Source: Tubulanus polymorphus (lineage: Eukaryota; Animalia; Nemertea). Taken from it: 64,000 nucleotides of DNA. A model generated the notes under the pieces. The model saw nothing but the letters and a program-made list of their open reading frames with translations. It was not told the origin of the DNA and made no database searches. The stretch spans positions 21,228,560 through 21,292,559 of the forward strand of contig NC_134027.1 of assembly GCF_964204645.1 (NCBI RefSeq), in the 5' to 3' direction. Below are positions 11,945 to 27,033 of this stretch, one piece after another; the stretch's first letter is position 1, and every line of letters starts with the position of its first letter. Position numbers and translations under genes: made by a program.

Positions 11945-12103
11945 CGAGAATATCGATAACAATAAAGCGAAGCCATAAAACGTGTTCGGGCCTGATATTT
12001 GTGGACAATAAAAACGCGATATAAATCATGTTTAGACGTCATTTAACTCGGAGACTTCGGGCGGTTAACATCGGATCTCTTCACATCGACTATCGCGGAT
12101 ATC

Positions 12104-12936
12104 ATGGATTCACCAAGCGGCCGAAGGACATGTAGTTTAGAAATATGAAGTTCTCCTAAAAAAGCGAAGCTTTCACCCGCATATAGGAAAAGGAAACCGG
12201 TTCATCTCAAACTTAATTTCGGTAAGTCTATTTCTGTTTCGAGACAATATTTCGTAAAATGTATGTATGTTCTAAATACTTAATTTCGTAACTTTATTTT
12301 CTATAGACTCAATCGTTAATGATAACGCCGTCGATACGCCTCAGTCAATGAAAACCGTCACATCGTCAGATGGTCAACCCGATCCTCATTATTTAGGACA
12401 ACTCGTTTACGCGTGCGTGAAAACATGGCAGGGTTCAAAACGTATCGATCTCAGGACATACGAGTGCTGCGACCGGAAGCACCAGTTATACCCGACTAAA
12501 AACGGTATCGCGTTAGATTTGCAAGAGTGGGTACATATCGACTACTGTAAATCCGATATCGAACACGAAATTGAGCGAGTCAAACAACCAGCGGGATACG
12601 TGGGAGTTATGACTATCGGTCGTTCGAACTTTATTAAAATCTATCGTTCTAGTCTTAATAGTCGTGTATACTTCGATATACGGTTCTATATACTATGCGA
12701 TGCGAAAGGCGAAACCGTACCTTCTAGAAAAGGTGTAAAATTCTCTCTCTCAGTGGAAGAAATTAAAAGACATTAATTTTAGCGACGATGTACCCGAACT
12801 ATCCGATATGAAACCGTGTTGGTACGAACAAAGTCATCAAAATCAAGAATATAGATGCGCATACTGCGCAAAGGACACTAGCGGAGTTCGTAATGCTCCA
12901 GAATATTCCGCATACGCTCCCAGTAAGAATAAATAA
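12104..12936 (+). pseudogene. Tandem PC4-like gene, copy 2 (2 exons)
   Basis: Exon 1 12104-12221 (in-frame TGA), intron 12222-12306, exon 2 with frameshift near 12750; AATAAA at 12928. Confidence 0.75.
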
Positions 12937-13448
12937 ATACGTTTAATTAACCGTCTAATAATATGTATTGTTTTTCTAACTTTATTATCCACGATTAAAT
13001 GAAAATAAACGTGTGTCAATAGAAGTCAATTGTCTTTGTCATTGTTTCGTCGGTCATCAAAATAAACCATTAGCCGTCCATTATAACCATATACATTAGG
13101 TAAAACAGTATTCTATTATAAAATAATAGTACGTAGTTATAATCATTTCGTTTATATAGCGATAAAACAGTTATTTCATCGTCTAGAAGGTTAAGAGCTA
13201 TTCGCAGACGGAAATAAGTAACCAAACCTTGTGATATGTCATCGAGTTCTCGTTTACGACAATTATCACTATCTCGGCCATAGTTTCAATCGTAACTAAT
13301 TCTCCATAGTCAATGTCAAATAATGGTATTTTACACTAAATTAGTGTCAACCAATGTCTATTACTATTAATCATATTTTCTGCTTATGAGTATATAGACC
13401 CTTGTAAACTAGTCACTTCATTCGTAAAAAAAAAAAAAAAAAAAAAAA

Positions 13449-13805
13449 ATGGCTACCCAATCGATAACCATCACGGCGATCGACCAGTTTGACTGCGTGG
13501 TGTGTTTAGAGACGAAATCGACAACAGTTACATGCCCGAATCATCGGGTATGTAACAATATATGTGTTAGCTGTTATTCAACACTGGTAAAGATGGCCGG
13601 TATACGTAGAAGGCTGACGTGCCCGTATTGTAGGAGGTTTTGGTTCGCGGGCGGTGCCTTTTTACAAGTCAGGACGTTCGTAGGACGCGGAATGATGTTC
13701 CAACGCCGCGATGTAACGGAACTACCAAGGCCTGGAGTAGGCGCTCGGCCCACACAAGATGCCCATGCTGAAGATAGACCCGGAATAGGTCGTGGTCGAG
13801 AATAG
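13449..13805 (+). CDS. Small intronless RING-finger protein, family C (intact)
   Basis: CVVC..CPNH..CVSC..CPYCR. Own TATATA near 13391. Followed by AAAAC-GGCCTT-TATC-AAGGGC (13845-13860) and AGAAAGAG at 13875. Confidence 0.75.
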   Translation: MATQSITITAIDQFDCVVCLETKSTTVTCPNHRVCNNICVSCYSTLVKMAGIRRRLTCPYCRRFWFAGGAFLQVRTFVGRGMMFQRRDVTELPRPGVGARPTQDAHAEDRPGIGRGRE

Positions 13806-13953
13806 TAACTTGGTGAACGAAACTAAGAACAAACCAATTAAAACGGCCTTTATCAAGGGCAACCTAAATCTCTCAGAAAGAGTCAGTGTATGAACCGCCA
13901 AGCTCCTCGCTTATATGCTTATATGCTTATATCATCAGTTCTTATAAGGACTC

Positions 13954-15122
<1,169 letters not shown>

Positions 15123-15127
15123 CTTGT

Positions 15128-15524
15128 CTAATACGCTTCGCCGCTAACACTTCTCTTTATACGTTTGCCTGTGTAAATAACCCGCTGTTTTCGTTTTCTC
15201 TTTTGACCTTTTAATGGTTTTGTACCGGTTCGCACTTTACCCCGGATAATACGACCCATTGTTTCTAATCCGCGATCTTTAATGGCTGTGGCAAAATTCT
15301 TACCACCTACGACATCGCTCGCAACGTGCAAACCCGTTCTTAGTAAATGAGGCAGCCATATTTTTCAATAGGGGTATCGCCGGTCGAGCGAGACCGCCTA
15401 AAACAGAAGCAAATCCAGCACCGCCTTGTATAGGCGATGATGTGTACACGTCGACTCCGGCACCGCTTTGATTTGCGTAATATCTACAACAGACATCGTG
15501 ATCTATTTCGCAAATAGCCCTCAT
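15128..15524 (-). pseudogene. Maverick basic core / membrane-active virion protein (GxG motif), frameshifted
   Basis: YYANQSGAG..QGGAGFASVLGGLARPAIPLLK amphipathic segment and K/R-rich tail; sits between the minor and major capsid genes. Confidence 0.7.
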
Positions 15525-16054
15525 ATTAATATATTTTTCTTTTTAAAATGTAAAACAAGATTAACTTTTCCTTTTTTAAAAACAGGTATTTTACCCGATT
15601 CTCTTCTTATAAAGACTTCTATAGTCTGAAAATTACTCCTTTGCACTGGAAAATATTGTAATTTGTTAAACTCTTTTCCAATAACCTTTCCAAAATTTAT
15701 CGTGTTTAAATGTACCATACGCAAAAGATTTGCGCTCTGATCGCCGACTAGTCGGGGTTCTATAACATCGCTATATATCATCAAATTATGATAGTCGACG
15801 TTTATATCGACACATCTAGACGCTGTGACTTCGATGTATTTGTAAATAGTTTTGGTACCATTACTATCTACAAATGGTCCATTTTTCTTCGAACCCTGAC
15901 GAAGGTCGTTAGGTATATCGTTTACCGGTATACCAGATTTGAAGCCTAAAATCCACGCTATATCGTTCGTAAAAGTTAACGAACACTCGTCGTAAAACTT
16001 CACATTAACTTTATGACTTAATAACGACTGACTTTGAACAGTTCCGAAAAACAA
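15521..16054 (-). pseudogene. Minor capsid (penton) protein, C-terminal part
   Basis: IYSDVIEPRLVGD..LLRMV..QYFPV..FQTIEVFIR..LVLHF; 5' part lost at the junction with pPolB. Confidence 0.8.
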
Positions 16055-19000
16055 AGAAATCGGTCATCAGTATAAATAATGATGACGATTTATGCCTAGC
16101 GAGGGCGCTAGTCGTGGCGAAGGCGCGAGCCGATAATGACCCTCGTTATAACATAATTCGTAAATGCGAAAAATCACCGCCACGAGAAGCCGCTCTCGCA
16201 TTGCACCAGGCGACAGGAGTCCCCACCGGAAAGTGTGGAATCCCCGAGCTGGACAAAATGGTGAAGGCTAAACTTGACGATTATTATGTTTTAGTGGTGA
16301 CTGGAGACGATAACGCATACCACGTATTGTACAAAACGATAAAAAAATATTAACCCAGGATTCAAATGCGAAGAAAATAATCCTTTTATACACGAATGGC
16401 CACTTCGACGTCGTATCGTCAATGGCTGCATTTACGTGTCGTGTATATTTCTGTTTCTCGTGTAAAAAGGATATAATACAGCCGAAGCGCATCGTTGTAA
16501 TGACAAATGTTCCTTATGTCGTGGCGATTGCGCTCGAGAACAGAGGGGCAATTATTTTTGCAATCGTTGCAATATGTACTATAAATCGGAAGCGTGTTTT
16601 GCCAATCATTTAAGACCTTTGGCAACAGGTCAAAGCCTTTGTAATTCGCGGGCACGGTGTATGCGTTGTGGCTCTATTATTCCCCGATCGAAACTGGATC
16701 CTAAATTACACGATTGCGGTAAAAAGTATTGTTCCTCGTGTAAAGAAAAGCTACCTATAGGCCATCTTTGTTGTATTGGGGTGACAAAAGGTCAGGTGCA
16801 CGTGGTCCCCGAAGGCGATAAAAACACGCATCAATTAATCAATCCTTATTTAGACGCGAAAAGCGAAGAATTCAAAATTAGAAAATTTATAGCGTTTGAT
16901 TTCGAAACGACTACTGTGGATTCGAACCACGTTGTAGTATTAGGTATAGCACACAGAACGTGTCAAATGTGTAAATGGTCAAGGCGTACTCCAGACTCGT
17001 CATGCGACCATTGCGGTAAACACGAACACGTGTTCAAGTCGGATATCGATTTCTGCAAATGGCTGTTTACTGAGGAGAATAAGGGTTCCACTGTTTTTGC
17101 GCACAATTTTCAATCGTTTGACGGCTATTTTATTTTAAGATATTTGGTTTCGCAAGGCATACTACCGGACATAGTACCAAACGGTGGTAAAATTATGACG
17201 ATGTCTATCCAACATTTGGACATTAAATTTTTGGATACTTTGAATTTCCTACCTATGAAACTTGGTAAATTACCGGAAACATTAGGTATTCCGGAATTGA
17301 AAAAGGGTTTTTTCCGTATACTTTTTGTACTGGAGAAAATATAAATTATGTAGGACCGATTCCGGATTTACATTATTATAATCCTGATGGCATGAGTTCC
17401 AGTGAGAGGAACGAATTTGTAAAGTGGCATACAGAGCGCCGGTCTGAAAATTTCGTTTTTGATATGCAACACGAGTTGATAGGGTATTGTCGGTCCGATG
17501 TTGACATATTAATGCAATCGGTCATTAATTTCCAACATCAATTCTTTGCACTTACTTCAGTCGATCCTTTTAGAAATTCAATTACCATTGCGTCGGCATG
17601 CAATCTAGCGTTAAGAACAAATTTCCTAAAATCGGAAACAATTGGCTTAATACCCCCAGGCGGTTATAGACCCAATGCCAAGTTTTCAAAAATGAGCATC
17701 CGTTGGTTAAGATGGCTATCTGAAAATAATAATATTCGAATTCAACATGCGTTGAATGGCGGTGAAGTAACTATTGACCGCTATAAAGTGGATGGTTACC
17801 ACGCCGAATCAAACACCGTGTATGAATTTCATGGCTGTCTGTACCACGGATGCCCTGAATGTTTTAAAAATTCAGATATGCAGTCGCCGGTGCGGCCCGA
17901 TAAAAAATTTGGTGAACTTTATCAGGCTACGTTAGAAAAGAGTGCAAAGATTAGGGCCCTTGGATATAATTTGGTGGAATTTTGGGAACACGAATATTGT
18001 AACTTGGTGAAAGAAAACCGTGTTTTTGCCGATTTTGTAAAAGAAGTAGATATTTCTGACCCGTTATTACCGCGTGACGCATTTTTCGGCGGTCGAACTA
18101 ATGCAATCAAAATCTATCATAAGGCCGAAGATGATGAAAAAATTAAATATATTGACATATGTTCGCTATACCCGTACGTTAATAGTCGTTGTAGCTATCC
18201 AATAGGTCACCCAACAGTTATAACTGAAAATTTCGGTGATATCAAAGATTATTACGGGTTGATTAAATGCCGAATTTTACCACCTCGGGGCTTATATTTA
18301 CCCATCCTTCCATACAGAGCCAATGGCAAATTAACCTTTCCTTTGTGTCGCTCGTGCGCTGAAGATAGTAATCAATGCGAAAGGTGTCGCCACTCGGAAG
18401 ACGAACGTGCTATTACCGGAACGTGGGTCAGTTTAGAGATCCAAAAAGCCGTTGAATTGGGATACCGTATTATCGGTATATTCGAAATTTGGAATTGGGA
18501 ACGTAGCGAAACCGGATTATTTGCAGACTATATAAGAAAATTTCTAAAAGTAAAAACCGAAGCTAGCGGGTGGCCATCTCCCGATATGACTCGCGCCGAA
18601 AAAGACCAATTTCTATCCGATTATTTCGAGCGCGAGGGTATCCGTCTCGAAGAAAATAACATAAAGAAGGCGAAGGGCATGCGAACTGTCGCCAAAATAT
18701 GTTTAAATAGCATGTGGGGTAAACTCGGTCAAAATGAAAAAAAAACCACTGCTAAATATATTTCAGACCCCGGTGAAATGTACAGCATGCTTTTAGACGA
18801 TAGTTTGGAGATACAAGATTTACTGGTGTGTAACGAAGAGGTGTTAAGGGTGCACTACAGAAAACGCGACGAATTTGTCGAATCCTCCGGTAAAACTAGC
18901 GTCGCCTTAGCCGCGTTCGCAACGGCGCATGCTCGACTAATTCTCTATAGTTATATGGAGAAACTAGGGGATCGAACCCTTTACACGGATACCGACTCAA

Positions 19001-19335
19001 TCATTTACACCGTTAAACCTGCTCAATGGGATCCGCCAACTGGAAACTTTTTAGGGGATATGACCGATGAGTTGGCAGATAAATACGGAGATGGTGCCTA
19101 TATTTCGGAATTCGTTTCGGCCGGTCCGAAAAACTATGCATTCCGTGTTTTCAGTCCGCGTGACAATAAATTCTCATCGGAATGCAAAGTGAAAGGAATT
19201 AATTTGAATTTTAGAAATAAACAAATAGTCAACTTTAAATCAATGGTTGATATTATAGTCGGTGAAAAATATGATCATTTGTACGTTTCCATTCCAAACA
19301 AGATAAATCGAGACATCAAAAAATGTTCCATTAAT
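16055..19335 (+). pseudogene. pPolB copy 2 (frameshifted, 3'-truncated)
   Basis: ORFs 16114, 16574 and 17392 are collinear with copy 1; YIDICSLYP, KICLNSMWGK, YTDTDS; homology stops after RDIKKCSI. Confidence 0.92.
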
Positions 19336-19526
19336 TCGCTTTTAGAGGATTTGATTCTTTATCTCATTCTATTACTCGCTGTGGACCGTGCAACCCTAAT
19401 ATTAACCCACTACCGACTACGACGATGGCTTTTTCCAGCGACTTTTGGAAAAAAGAACAGGATGTGGAAAGAAGCGAAATTCCAATTTTTTATACCGCTA
19501 CCGGTGATGTTAAATGTCACTGCTGA

Positions 19527-20090
19527 ATGAAACAACTGGGTCACGATGAGGATCCATTTGATTTCGTCACAAACTGTTGCGAGAAGATCATTTGCTTCAG
19601 GTGTTTCAGTGAGGCAGCGGCCGACCAGATCGACCAAGAACATATTATTTGCCCGCTTATGCGCATAAGCGGGTTTGAAGAACACCTCGATGAATTTTTT
19701 CAAGCTGGCTGTTTTGGACAAGTACCCGGCTTGGATAGGGACGAAAACGTTTGTCGTGCATGCGCGCTCCGATACACGACCGGACAGATGCCTTGTTGCA
19801 GCGAACCTGTGTGCGAAGAGTGTGTCGTACCGTTGAATGAATCGTCATCGTGCCAGTCATGTCAACAAAACATAGATTTAACTTGTTGTATTTGCTACGA
19901 ACCATGCATCGATAAGCCAATGAGGTGTTGCAACAAACAAATACATGTAGCATGTATTAAAAAACTGAAAAATGTGCGGGGTTTCGAATGCCCTAATTGC
20001 CGAAATGCGTACAGTGATCCCATACCGTCGATGTTTCCGAGGGTCATGCCATCGTATAATGTCCAAAACGTATACTTCGACGCTTACTAG
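19527..20090 (+). CDS. Multi-RING/Cys-rich protein, family D (probably 5'-truncated)
   Basis: Three RING-like units, the last CCIC..CCNKQIHVAC..CPNCR; decayed paralogs at ~10140-10488 and ~21945-22462. Confidence 0.6.
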   Translation: MKQLGHDEDPFDFVTNCCEKIICFRCFSEAAADQIDQEHIICPLMRISGFEEHLDEFFQAGCFGQVPGLDRDENVCRACALRYTTGQMPCCSEPVCEECVVPLNESSSCQSCQQNIDLTCCICYEPCIDKPMRCCNKQIHVACIKKLKNVRGFECPNCRNAYSDPIPSMFPRVMPSYNVQNVYFDAY

Positions 20091-20170
20091 TCGTCGCGGC
20101 TACATAGCAGGATATTTAAAAAACGGTGTAAAATATTTGTAAAATAATTATCTGTATAAATAATGTAATA

Positions 20171-20277
<107 letters not shown>

Positions 20278-20375
20278 TTGTAATTAATTAATAGTTCATT
20301 TTGTTTTAGTGGTGACTAGAGGAGATCGTCATTTTTGTTTTAGTGGTGACTAGAGGAGAATAATAAAACGCGCAA

Positions 20376-20440
20376 TTAAAAACCATATGGAATCGTGTTA
20401 AATCAGTTAACCGGATCAAAAGCCCTTTTTAGTGTATACG
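20376..20440 (-). pseudogene. Inverted pPolB C-terminal fragment
   Basis: Minus strand reads VYTK-RAFDPVN*FNTIPYGF*, versus VYTKRAFDPADRYNTLPYGY* of copy 1. Confidence 0.7.
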
Positions 20441-21450
20441 AAATAATTACAAAAGTCATTGTTCTATCGGATACAATGGCTCGGCTATTATAAACCCATT
20501 GTTTTAACATCATCGTTATTCCCAAACACGTTTTCCCCGCCAACATGATGTAATCAATGACGTTATCCATGACGTCATCCATGACGTCAGCGATGACGTC
20601 ATTGCTCCTCACTGCTCCTCACTCCTCACTCGGTCCCAAAGTGACCCTACTTAACTACTTGTGACCAATGCTAATATCGGGATCCGCTGTGCACAGCAAG
20701 GCTAATTTGCACCGGCATAGACTCAGGCAGGGAGAATGGGGAAAATATAATACATTGCCCATTCTGCCGAAATGTAATCTATTGGGTCCGCGTTATGAAT
20801 CGACACAGGCGAATGGTTCGTAAACGGATAGAGAGGACTAATCGGCGTTGACAGCAACAACAGCAGCAGCGCCAAGATGATTATGACGACGACGATGACG
20901 ATGACCACATGCAACCCCTTTAAACAGCCCTTCTAAGGGCTAACTTCAATTTCCAAGAAAGAGCCAGTGCTAACAAGCCTCGCCTCACCTCGCTTTATGC
21001 TTCTGTGCTTTTCTCCAAGTTATAACAAAACTTTTTTCCTCGGTGTTTGTATTAGCGGCATGTAATCATTTTTTGATCTATAACTAAATACCTGGCTAAA
21101 TTTGAAATTTTTGTAGTGAGTAAAACAATCATTTGGCACTCCAGGGTTAACCAATTATAGTATACCCATTTTGGATTTTATTACATTAACAACAATTCGA
21201 AAGTGTTTATTTCTCATGCTACAGACACAATTAAGTGGTTAAAAACATTAATGAGATAAATATGAAATCTGGTCAGTACTCCCCATATGTGACGGAATAT
21301 GCAGTATGAAAATTATGCAATTAAGTAATTTAGAAACCAAATCGAATAGACAATTAAGTAGTTAAAGACCCATGATTCATCCATTAAAAACATCTAGTAG
21401 CTATTGCGTATAAAATACTCGTGAGAAAATCTCGAAAATCCATATCCAAA

Positions 21451-21738
21451 ATGACGACCAAAGCAGAAGCAAGATTTTTTCATTGTGACTACGCCAGAAC
21501 ACGGGAGTGCTGTGGGTGTCTTGAAGGACAGCAAGCATTGGTGGCTTGTGAAAATCACCCCATGGTCAATTATATTTGTATGGGGTGTTTTGTTCAATTA
21601 GTTGAACTACGGCCGGAGAGTTAACATTATATTAAGTGCCCAATATGTTGCCTGGAATGGTACTTTGAGCTGATGAAGGCACGCCGTCCAACGTTGAGTG
21701 GTATGCGTGAAATGCCACGTAAGGAAGACGATGAATAA
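21451..21738 (+). pseudogene. RING family B copy
   Basis: Same in-frame TAA after RPES; hairpin at ~21772 disrupted by a short duplication; HDE at 21811. Confidence 0.75.
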
Positions 21739-22692
21739 GAAGGGTTGTGAAACGCTACAGCAAAAACATACGGTTCTTAGAACCACCCTAAAGAACCACC
21801 CTAAAATTCTCAGAAAGAGACAGTTTTGCTAAGCCCCTCGCTTAATACCTCAAAGAATGCAATTAAGTAATTGAGAAACAAATACCATTGACCCACAACA
21901 ACAACAACAGCAGCGCCGACGATGATGACGACGACGATGACCGAGGTGTTGTAACAAAATCATTTGCGATATCTGTTTTGATAACGCGGCTGAGGATCAG
22001 ATGGATCAGGCAAGAATCATGTGCCCAATGATGAGAATCATTGGGTTCGAAGAACATGTTGACTCTGTTTTCAGCAATGGCTGTACCAGTTCAGTTCCTG
22101 CGCTCGGTCGGGAGGAAGATGTATGCAGGGGGTGTGTTTGTGCACCCATCAACTGATCAGATGCCGTGTTGTCATACACCAATATGCGATGAATGCAGCA
22201 ACAAAATCAACCACTCGCAACATCATCAATGTATATTTTGTAGTTCGATTCTGGACCTGACGTGCTGTGTGTGTTTGGAAGTGTGTGTGGATACACCGAC
22301 AACGTGTTGAAGGAAGCAGATCCACGTTAAGTGTATAAAACGCTTAAAGAACACACGAGATTACGAATGTCTGTATTGCCGAAGAGATGTCAGCGATCCA
22401 CTGCCGTTGGAACAATGTCGTTCAATCCCGACATATACGATTAAGAATGCGTGATATTTTAATATACGCATAACTTATGTATACGAAGAAAAATGGTCTT
22501 TTTCGAGTACCCTCGATATGTGACGGAATGGGACAGTATGAAAATTACGCAATCAAGAAATTTAGAATCCAAACCGAATAGACAATTAAGTAGTTAAACC
22601 CCCATGATTCGTCCATTGCAAAACATCTGCCGCGTAAAGTAGCTATTGCGTATAAAATACTTGTCAGAAGATCGCGAAAATCAATATCTAAA

Positions 22693-23099
22693 ATGTCTGG
22701 TGCAAGATACATGAGCTTTCCCAATGGCGCAAAGGTCGTTATCTAATGCGGGGTATGTTTAGAGACTGGTCAATGGTACTGGCTACTATGTAGCAAGTGT
22801 CAATACCGAAACTTGACGTGTGGAAGCTGCGTCTCAGCTATCGTACGAAGAAATCTTGAACTGGAGCATGAAAACGCAAATGATGTATTTTTGTGCCCTT
22901 TCTGCAGAAACGTGATAAACTGGACACGTATGTTTGCGGAGTATATATGCAAAGAAGAATGCCGAACTCGTCGAAACCGAAGACGACTTCATCAGGGACG
23001 TCAGCAGCAGCAGCGCCGATAATAATGACAACACTGCTGAAGAATACAACTACGACGACCTACGCCTACCATATCCTCAAAAAGTTCCTTTTGAGGGCC
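22693..23099 (+). pseudogene. RING family A' copy with degenerate stem-loop
   Basis: In-frame TAA before CGVC; GTTCCT-TTTG-AGGGCC-AC at 23084-23099. Confidence 0.75.
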
Positions 23100-23572
23100 A
23101 CTTCAATTTTCAAATGGTTTACTAAATTCTTTATTTTCATTAAACGAGGTTTTAACAATTTCCAATTTTGAAGAAATGAGGTTTGAACTTTTTTAATAGG
23201 AAAAAACTACACGGTTTTGACAAAATAACATTAGTTAAAATTACGGTTTGAATAATTTTCAATTTTAAATATTCCCAGTTTGATTGTTTTTTCAATGAAC
23301 GCTTTTTTCACACATCGATATTCGTTCTTCGAATGAAATATTTATGTTCCGCTTGAAGATTAATCACGTCAAAACAAAATATAGCGCTGACAATTTTATA
23401 AAGGTATTATAATAATACACGGTGTATTCGCGTGTAATCCAAAATTGTGAACAATAGTACTCGTAATAGCCCGTCCATTGTACTCGATAGTCGACCCATA
23501 ACTGACTTTTAGACACTGAAAATTAGTCTCTTTTAAAAATAACACATATTCAATCTTTTTTTCTTACAGAAA

Positions 23573-23930
23573 ATGTATTCATGCCAATACTGCCCGTTGA
23601 CTTTTGCCAATGAAATCGCATTGGGTCAACACCAGCAACTTCACGCTGGGAAGAAGGGGTTTAAATGCTTAAGCTGTTGCAAACCATTTGCGTGTGCGCG
23701 TGACTTGAAGCAGCACACGGTCATATGCATGACACCTCCGCCCATGCGACAGCATGCGCCTGTACGATCGGTCAATCCGGAAAGTAGCTTACAACCGCTT
23801 ATTTCATTATCAAGTTATTGATTGCATTCATAAATACCTGTTCTATTTTTTTTTCTTATCTTTCAGCAAATATGGGACTGCAAAATATGTGGTTTGTCCA
23901 TTGAAGGGGTCTGAGTGCACTAAATGCTTG
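23573..23930 (+). pseudogene. Zinc-finger exons of a pPolB gene, fragment
   Basis: Paralog of exon 1 (2600-2806) with donor mutated to GAAAGT, followed by the starts of exons 2 and 3. Confidence 0.75.
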
Positions 23931-24158
23931 ATCACTTCGATACTTTCGAGCACTCCTCCCATGAGTAAAAGAAGTGAGTGCTAATATACGAACGTAACTT
24001 GTGGTCATTGTGTGTCCGCGATCATTAGATGAAACTCAGTCGTGAAGATGCGCACAACGTATTACCGAGCCTGTTCTGTCGACATGTAGTCTACTGGGCA
24101 CGGATGTTGGCGGAATCGATAAGGCGTTGAAAACATTTTCCTTAACCAATCAACCACC

Positions 24159-24437
24159 ATGGAACATGTCAACTTTGAAGACAATGACTGGTCTAACAGA
24201 TTTGCTATTTGCAAATATTGTAAAACGACAATTACATATGGTAGTTTTCGATTAATAACCTGCTCGAGGGAACCGATTTGCGAAGATTGTTGGTTGGTAA
24301 ACACTCGGTGGTTAAGCGTTCAGCATTATTTCAAATGCCCTATCGAGGATTGCAATGTGAAAAAAGACTGCTATCGATGCCACGGACAGGAGGGTTTGTT
24401 TCATTGTTGCGGTACAACTATATATCGAACATGTTAA
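24159..24437 (+). pseudogene. Cys-rich RING-like ORF (family E), duplicated at ~25645-25918
   Basis: CKYC..CSREPICEDC..CPIEDC..CYRC. Confidence 0.5.
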
Positions 24438-24439
24438 AC

Positions 24440-24690
24440 GAACTTAAACGACAAATTGTAGGCGTGACCGGGATTTGAAAAAAGAGGGCCGTGGTGCCTA
24501 TGACATGAAGGTAGAAAAAAACACCAATATTATCTGTCTGTCATGGCTTGACAATAAAGTCGTCAACTTAGCGTCCTCTTACATTGCTGCTCATCCAATA
24601 GGGAAAGCTCTGTGATGGGATAAAAGCCAGAAAAAAACATGTTGATGTTGACCGACCTGAGATGATTGCCAAGTACAATCAATACATTGC
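24440..24690 (+). mobile_element. piggyBac transposase fragment
   Basis: LKKRGRGAYD..WLDNKVVNLASS..RPEMIAKYNQ. Confidence 0.75.
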
Positions 24691-24719
24691 AATAGATGTA
24701 ACATCTATTACAAGGGACA

Positions 24720-25275
24720 GGAGTGCTACGCCAATCATTTGAAAAGCTTGGCTAGCGGGATGTCGTTGTGCGACAGTCGAGCAAGGTGTAAGGCATGCGG
24801 TCAATTTGTAAAGCGCGAAAAAATCGCCTCAGCTGACCACGACTGTGGTATTAAGTATTGGTATTAAGTAGGCGGGTGTCTTGATAAACCCGTACCTCCA
24901 GGGAGGGAAAGAATTCGATGCTGAGTTATTGAAAGTGAAGAAATTCATAGCGTTTGATTTTGAGACTACGACAACAGAAGATTCGATTCATAAGGTCATC
25001 TTTGGAATGGCACACCATTGTTGCCAAGAGTGCAAGTTGTCGACTATAATAACGAGCGATTCAGAATGTGCCCATTGTGGTAAGAACGAATTCAAGTTCC
25101 AAAATATAACTGAATTCTGCGAGTGGTTGTTCAATGACCAAAATAGAGGGGTAACCGCATTCGCCCACAACTTTCAATCCTTCGACGGATATTTTAATTT
25201 GAAGTATTTACTAGACCAGGCAATTAGACCTGAGATTATTCCGAACGGCGGTAAAATCATGTACATGTACATCCA
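24720..25275 (+). pseudogene. Fragment of a more divergent pPolB (exonuclease region)
   Basis: KFIAFDFETT, FAHNFQSFDGYF, IIPNGGKIM. Confidence 0.85.
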
Positions 25276-25919
25276 TTTGCATTTTCATTTCAGATATTAT
25301 TGTAATGTATCTACTTTGTAATTATCTTTCAATGCAATAAAGAACTGAAATATTAGTATCATATTTTATATATTAATCTAATGTGTTGACTCTGTAATTA
25401 TCTTTTTTTGATGCAATAAAGAACTGAAATATAAGTATTATATTTTATATATTAATCTAATCCATTGAGTTTCTAATTATCTTTTTTTGATGCAATAAAG
25501 AACTGAAATATTAGTATTACATTTTCGTGAAGATGCGCACAATGTATTGCCGAGCCTGTTCTGTCGAAATGTAGTCTACTGGGCACGGATGTTGGCGGAA
25601 TCGATTAGGCGTTGAAAACATTTTCCTTAAACAATCAACCAGCATAGAACATGTCAACTTTGAAGATAATGACTGGTCTAACAGATTTGCTATTTGCAAA
25701 TATTGTAAAACGACAATTACATACGGTAGTTTTCGAGTAATGACCTGCTGTAGAAAACTGATTTGGAAGATTGTTGGTTGGTAAACACTCGGTGGTTAAG
25801 CCTTCAGCATAATTTCAAATGCCCTATCGAGGATTGTGATGCGAAAAAAGACTGCTATCGATGCCACGGACAGGAGGATTTGTTTCATTGTTGCGGTAAA
25901 ACTATATATTGAACATTAA

Positions 25920-26340
25920 ACGAACTCAAAGCGACAAATTGTAGGCTAAAGAGTGACCAGGATTTGAAAAAACTCAAAGCGACAAATTGTAGGCTAAAGA
26001 GTGACCAGGATTTGAAAAAAGACGGCCATGGTGCCTATGACATGAAGGTAGAAAAAAACACCAATATTATCTGTCTGTCATGGCTGGACAATAAAGTGGT
26101 CAACTAAGCGTCATCTTATATTGCTGCTCATCCAATAGGGAAAGCTTGGCGATGGGATAAAAGCCAGAAAAAACATGATTGCCCAGTACAGTCAATTCAT
26201 GGGTGGCATAGATCTGATGGATATGTGTATTGCCATGTATAAAACAAATCTGAGATCACAAAGATGGTACCTTTATGTATTCTGGCACACAATAAATAAA
26301 GCTAACTGTTGTCAATTCATGGTTACTGTACAGGCGTGTA
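25920..26340 (+). mobile_element. piggyBac transposase fragment (longer copy)
   Basis: WLDNKVV.. then YSQFMGGIDLMD..RSQRWYLYVFWH (third catalytic Asp region). Confidence 0.8.
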
Positions 26341-26723
26341 AAATCTTATTTCTAAGTGAAGATAATGTTGAATTTTTTTTTTGCAAATGCCCAAGTTTTC
26401 ATATATGACAACTCCCCAAATTTTGGCCCCCCAGCAGATATATTCGATTTAGCGGTATGTAATCATTTTTTGTTCTATAACTAAAAACCTGGCTAAATTT
26501 AAAATTTTTGTAGTGAGTAAAACAATCATTGGGCACTCCAGGGTTACCCAATTATAGTATACCCATTTTGTGTTTTATTACATTAACAACAATTTGAGAG
26601 AAAACCGAATAGATAATTACGTAGCTAAAGACCCATGTTTTGTCCATTGAAAAACATCTGCAGTGTAAAGTAGCTATTGCGTATAAAATACTTGTCACAA
26701 GATCTTGAAAATTCATAACGAAA

Positions 26724-27033
26724 ATGACTAACGGTGGTAGATGGACGGTCATTCCTGACAATGCCAAAGCTGTTTTGGAGTGTGAGTGGAGTGTTTTGGA
26801 GTTGTCTGTGCACCAGACAGCAGGCCAGGTGGTTGTGTGACCAATGCCAATATCGGCATCCGCTGTGCACAGAAAGGCTAATTTGCACCGGCATAGACTC
26901 AGGCAGGGAGAACGCGGAAAATATAATACATTGCTCGTTCTGCCGAAATGTAATCTATTGGGTCCGTGTTATGAATCGACACAGGCGAATGGCTAATCGG
27001 CGACGACAGCAACAACAGCAGCAGCGCCCATGA
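26724..27033 (+). pseudogene. RING family A copy (frameshift by short duplication)
   Basis: Promoter TATA at 26682; stem-loop 27076-27091. Confidence 0.8.

Noticed and set aside
20118-20135. Histone stem-loop after ORF 19527-20090
   Set aside because: Only AAAAAACGGT is present at the expected distance; no complementary arm or HDE.
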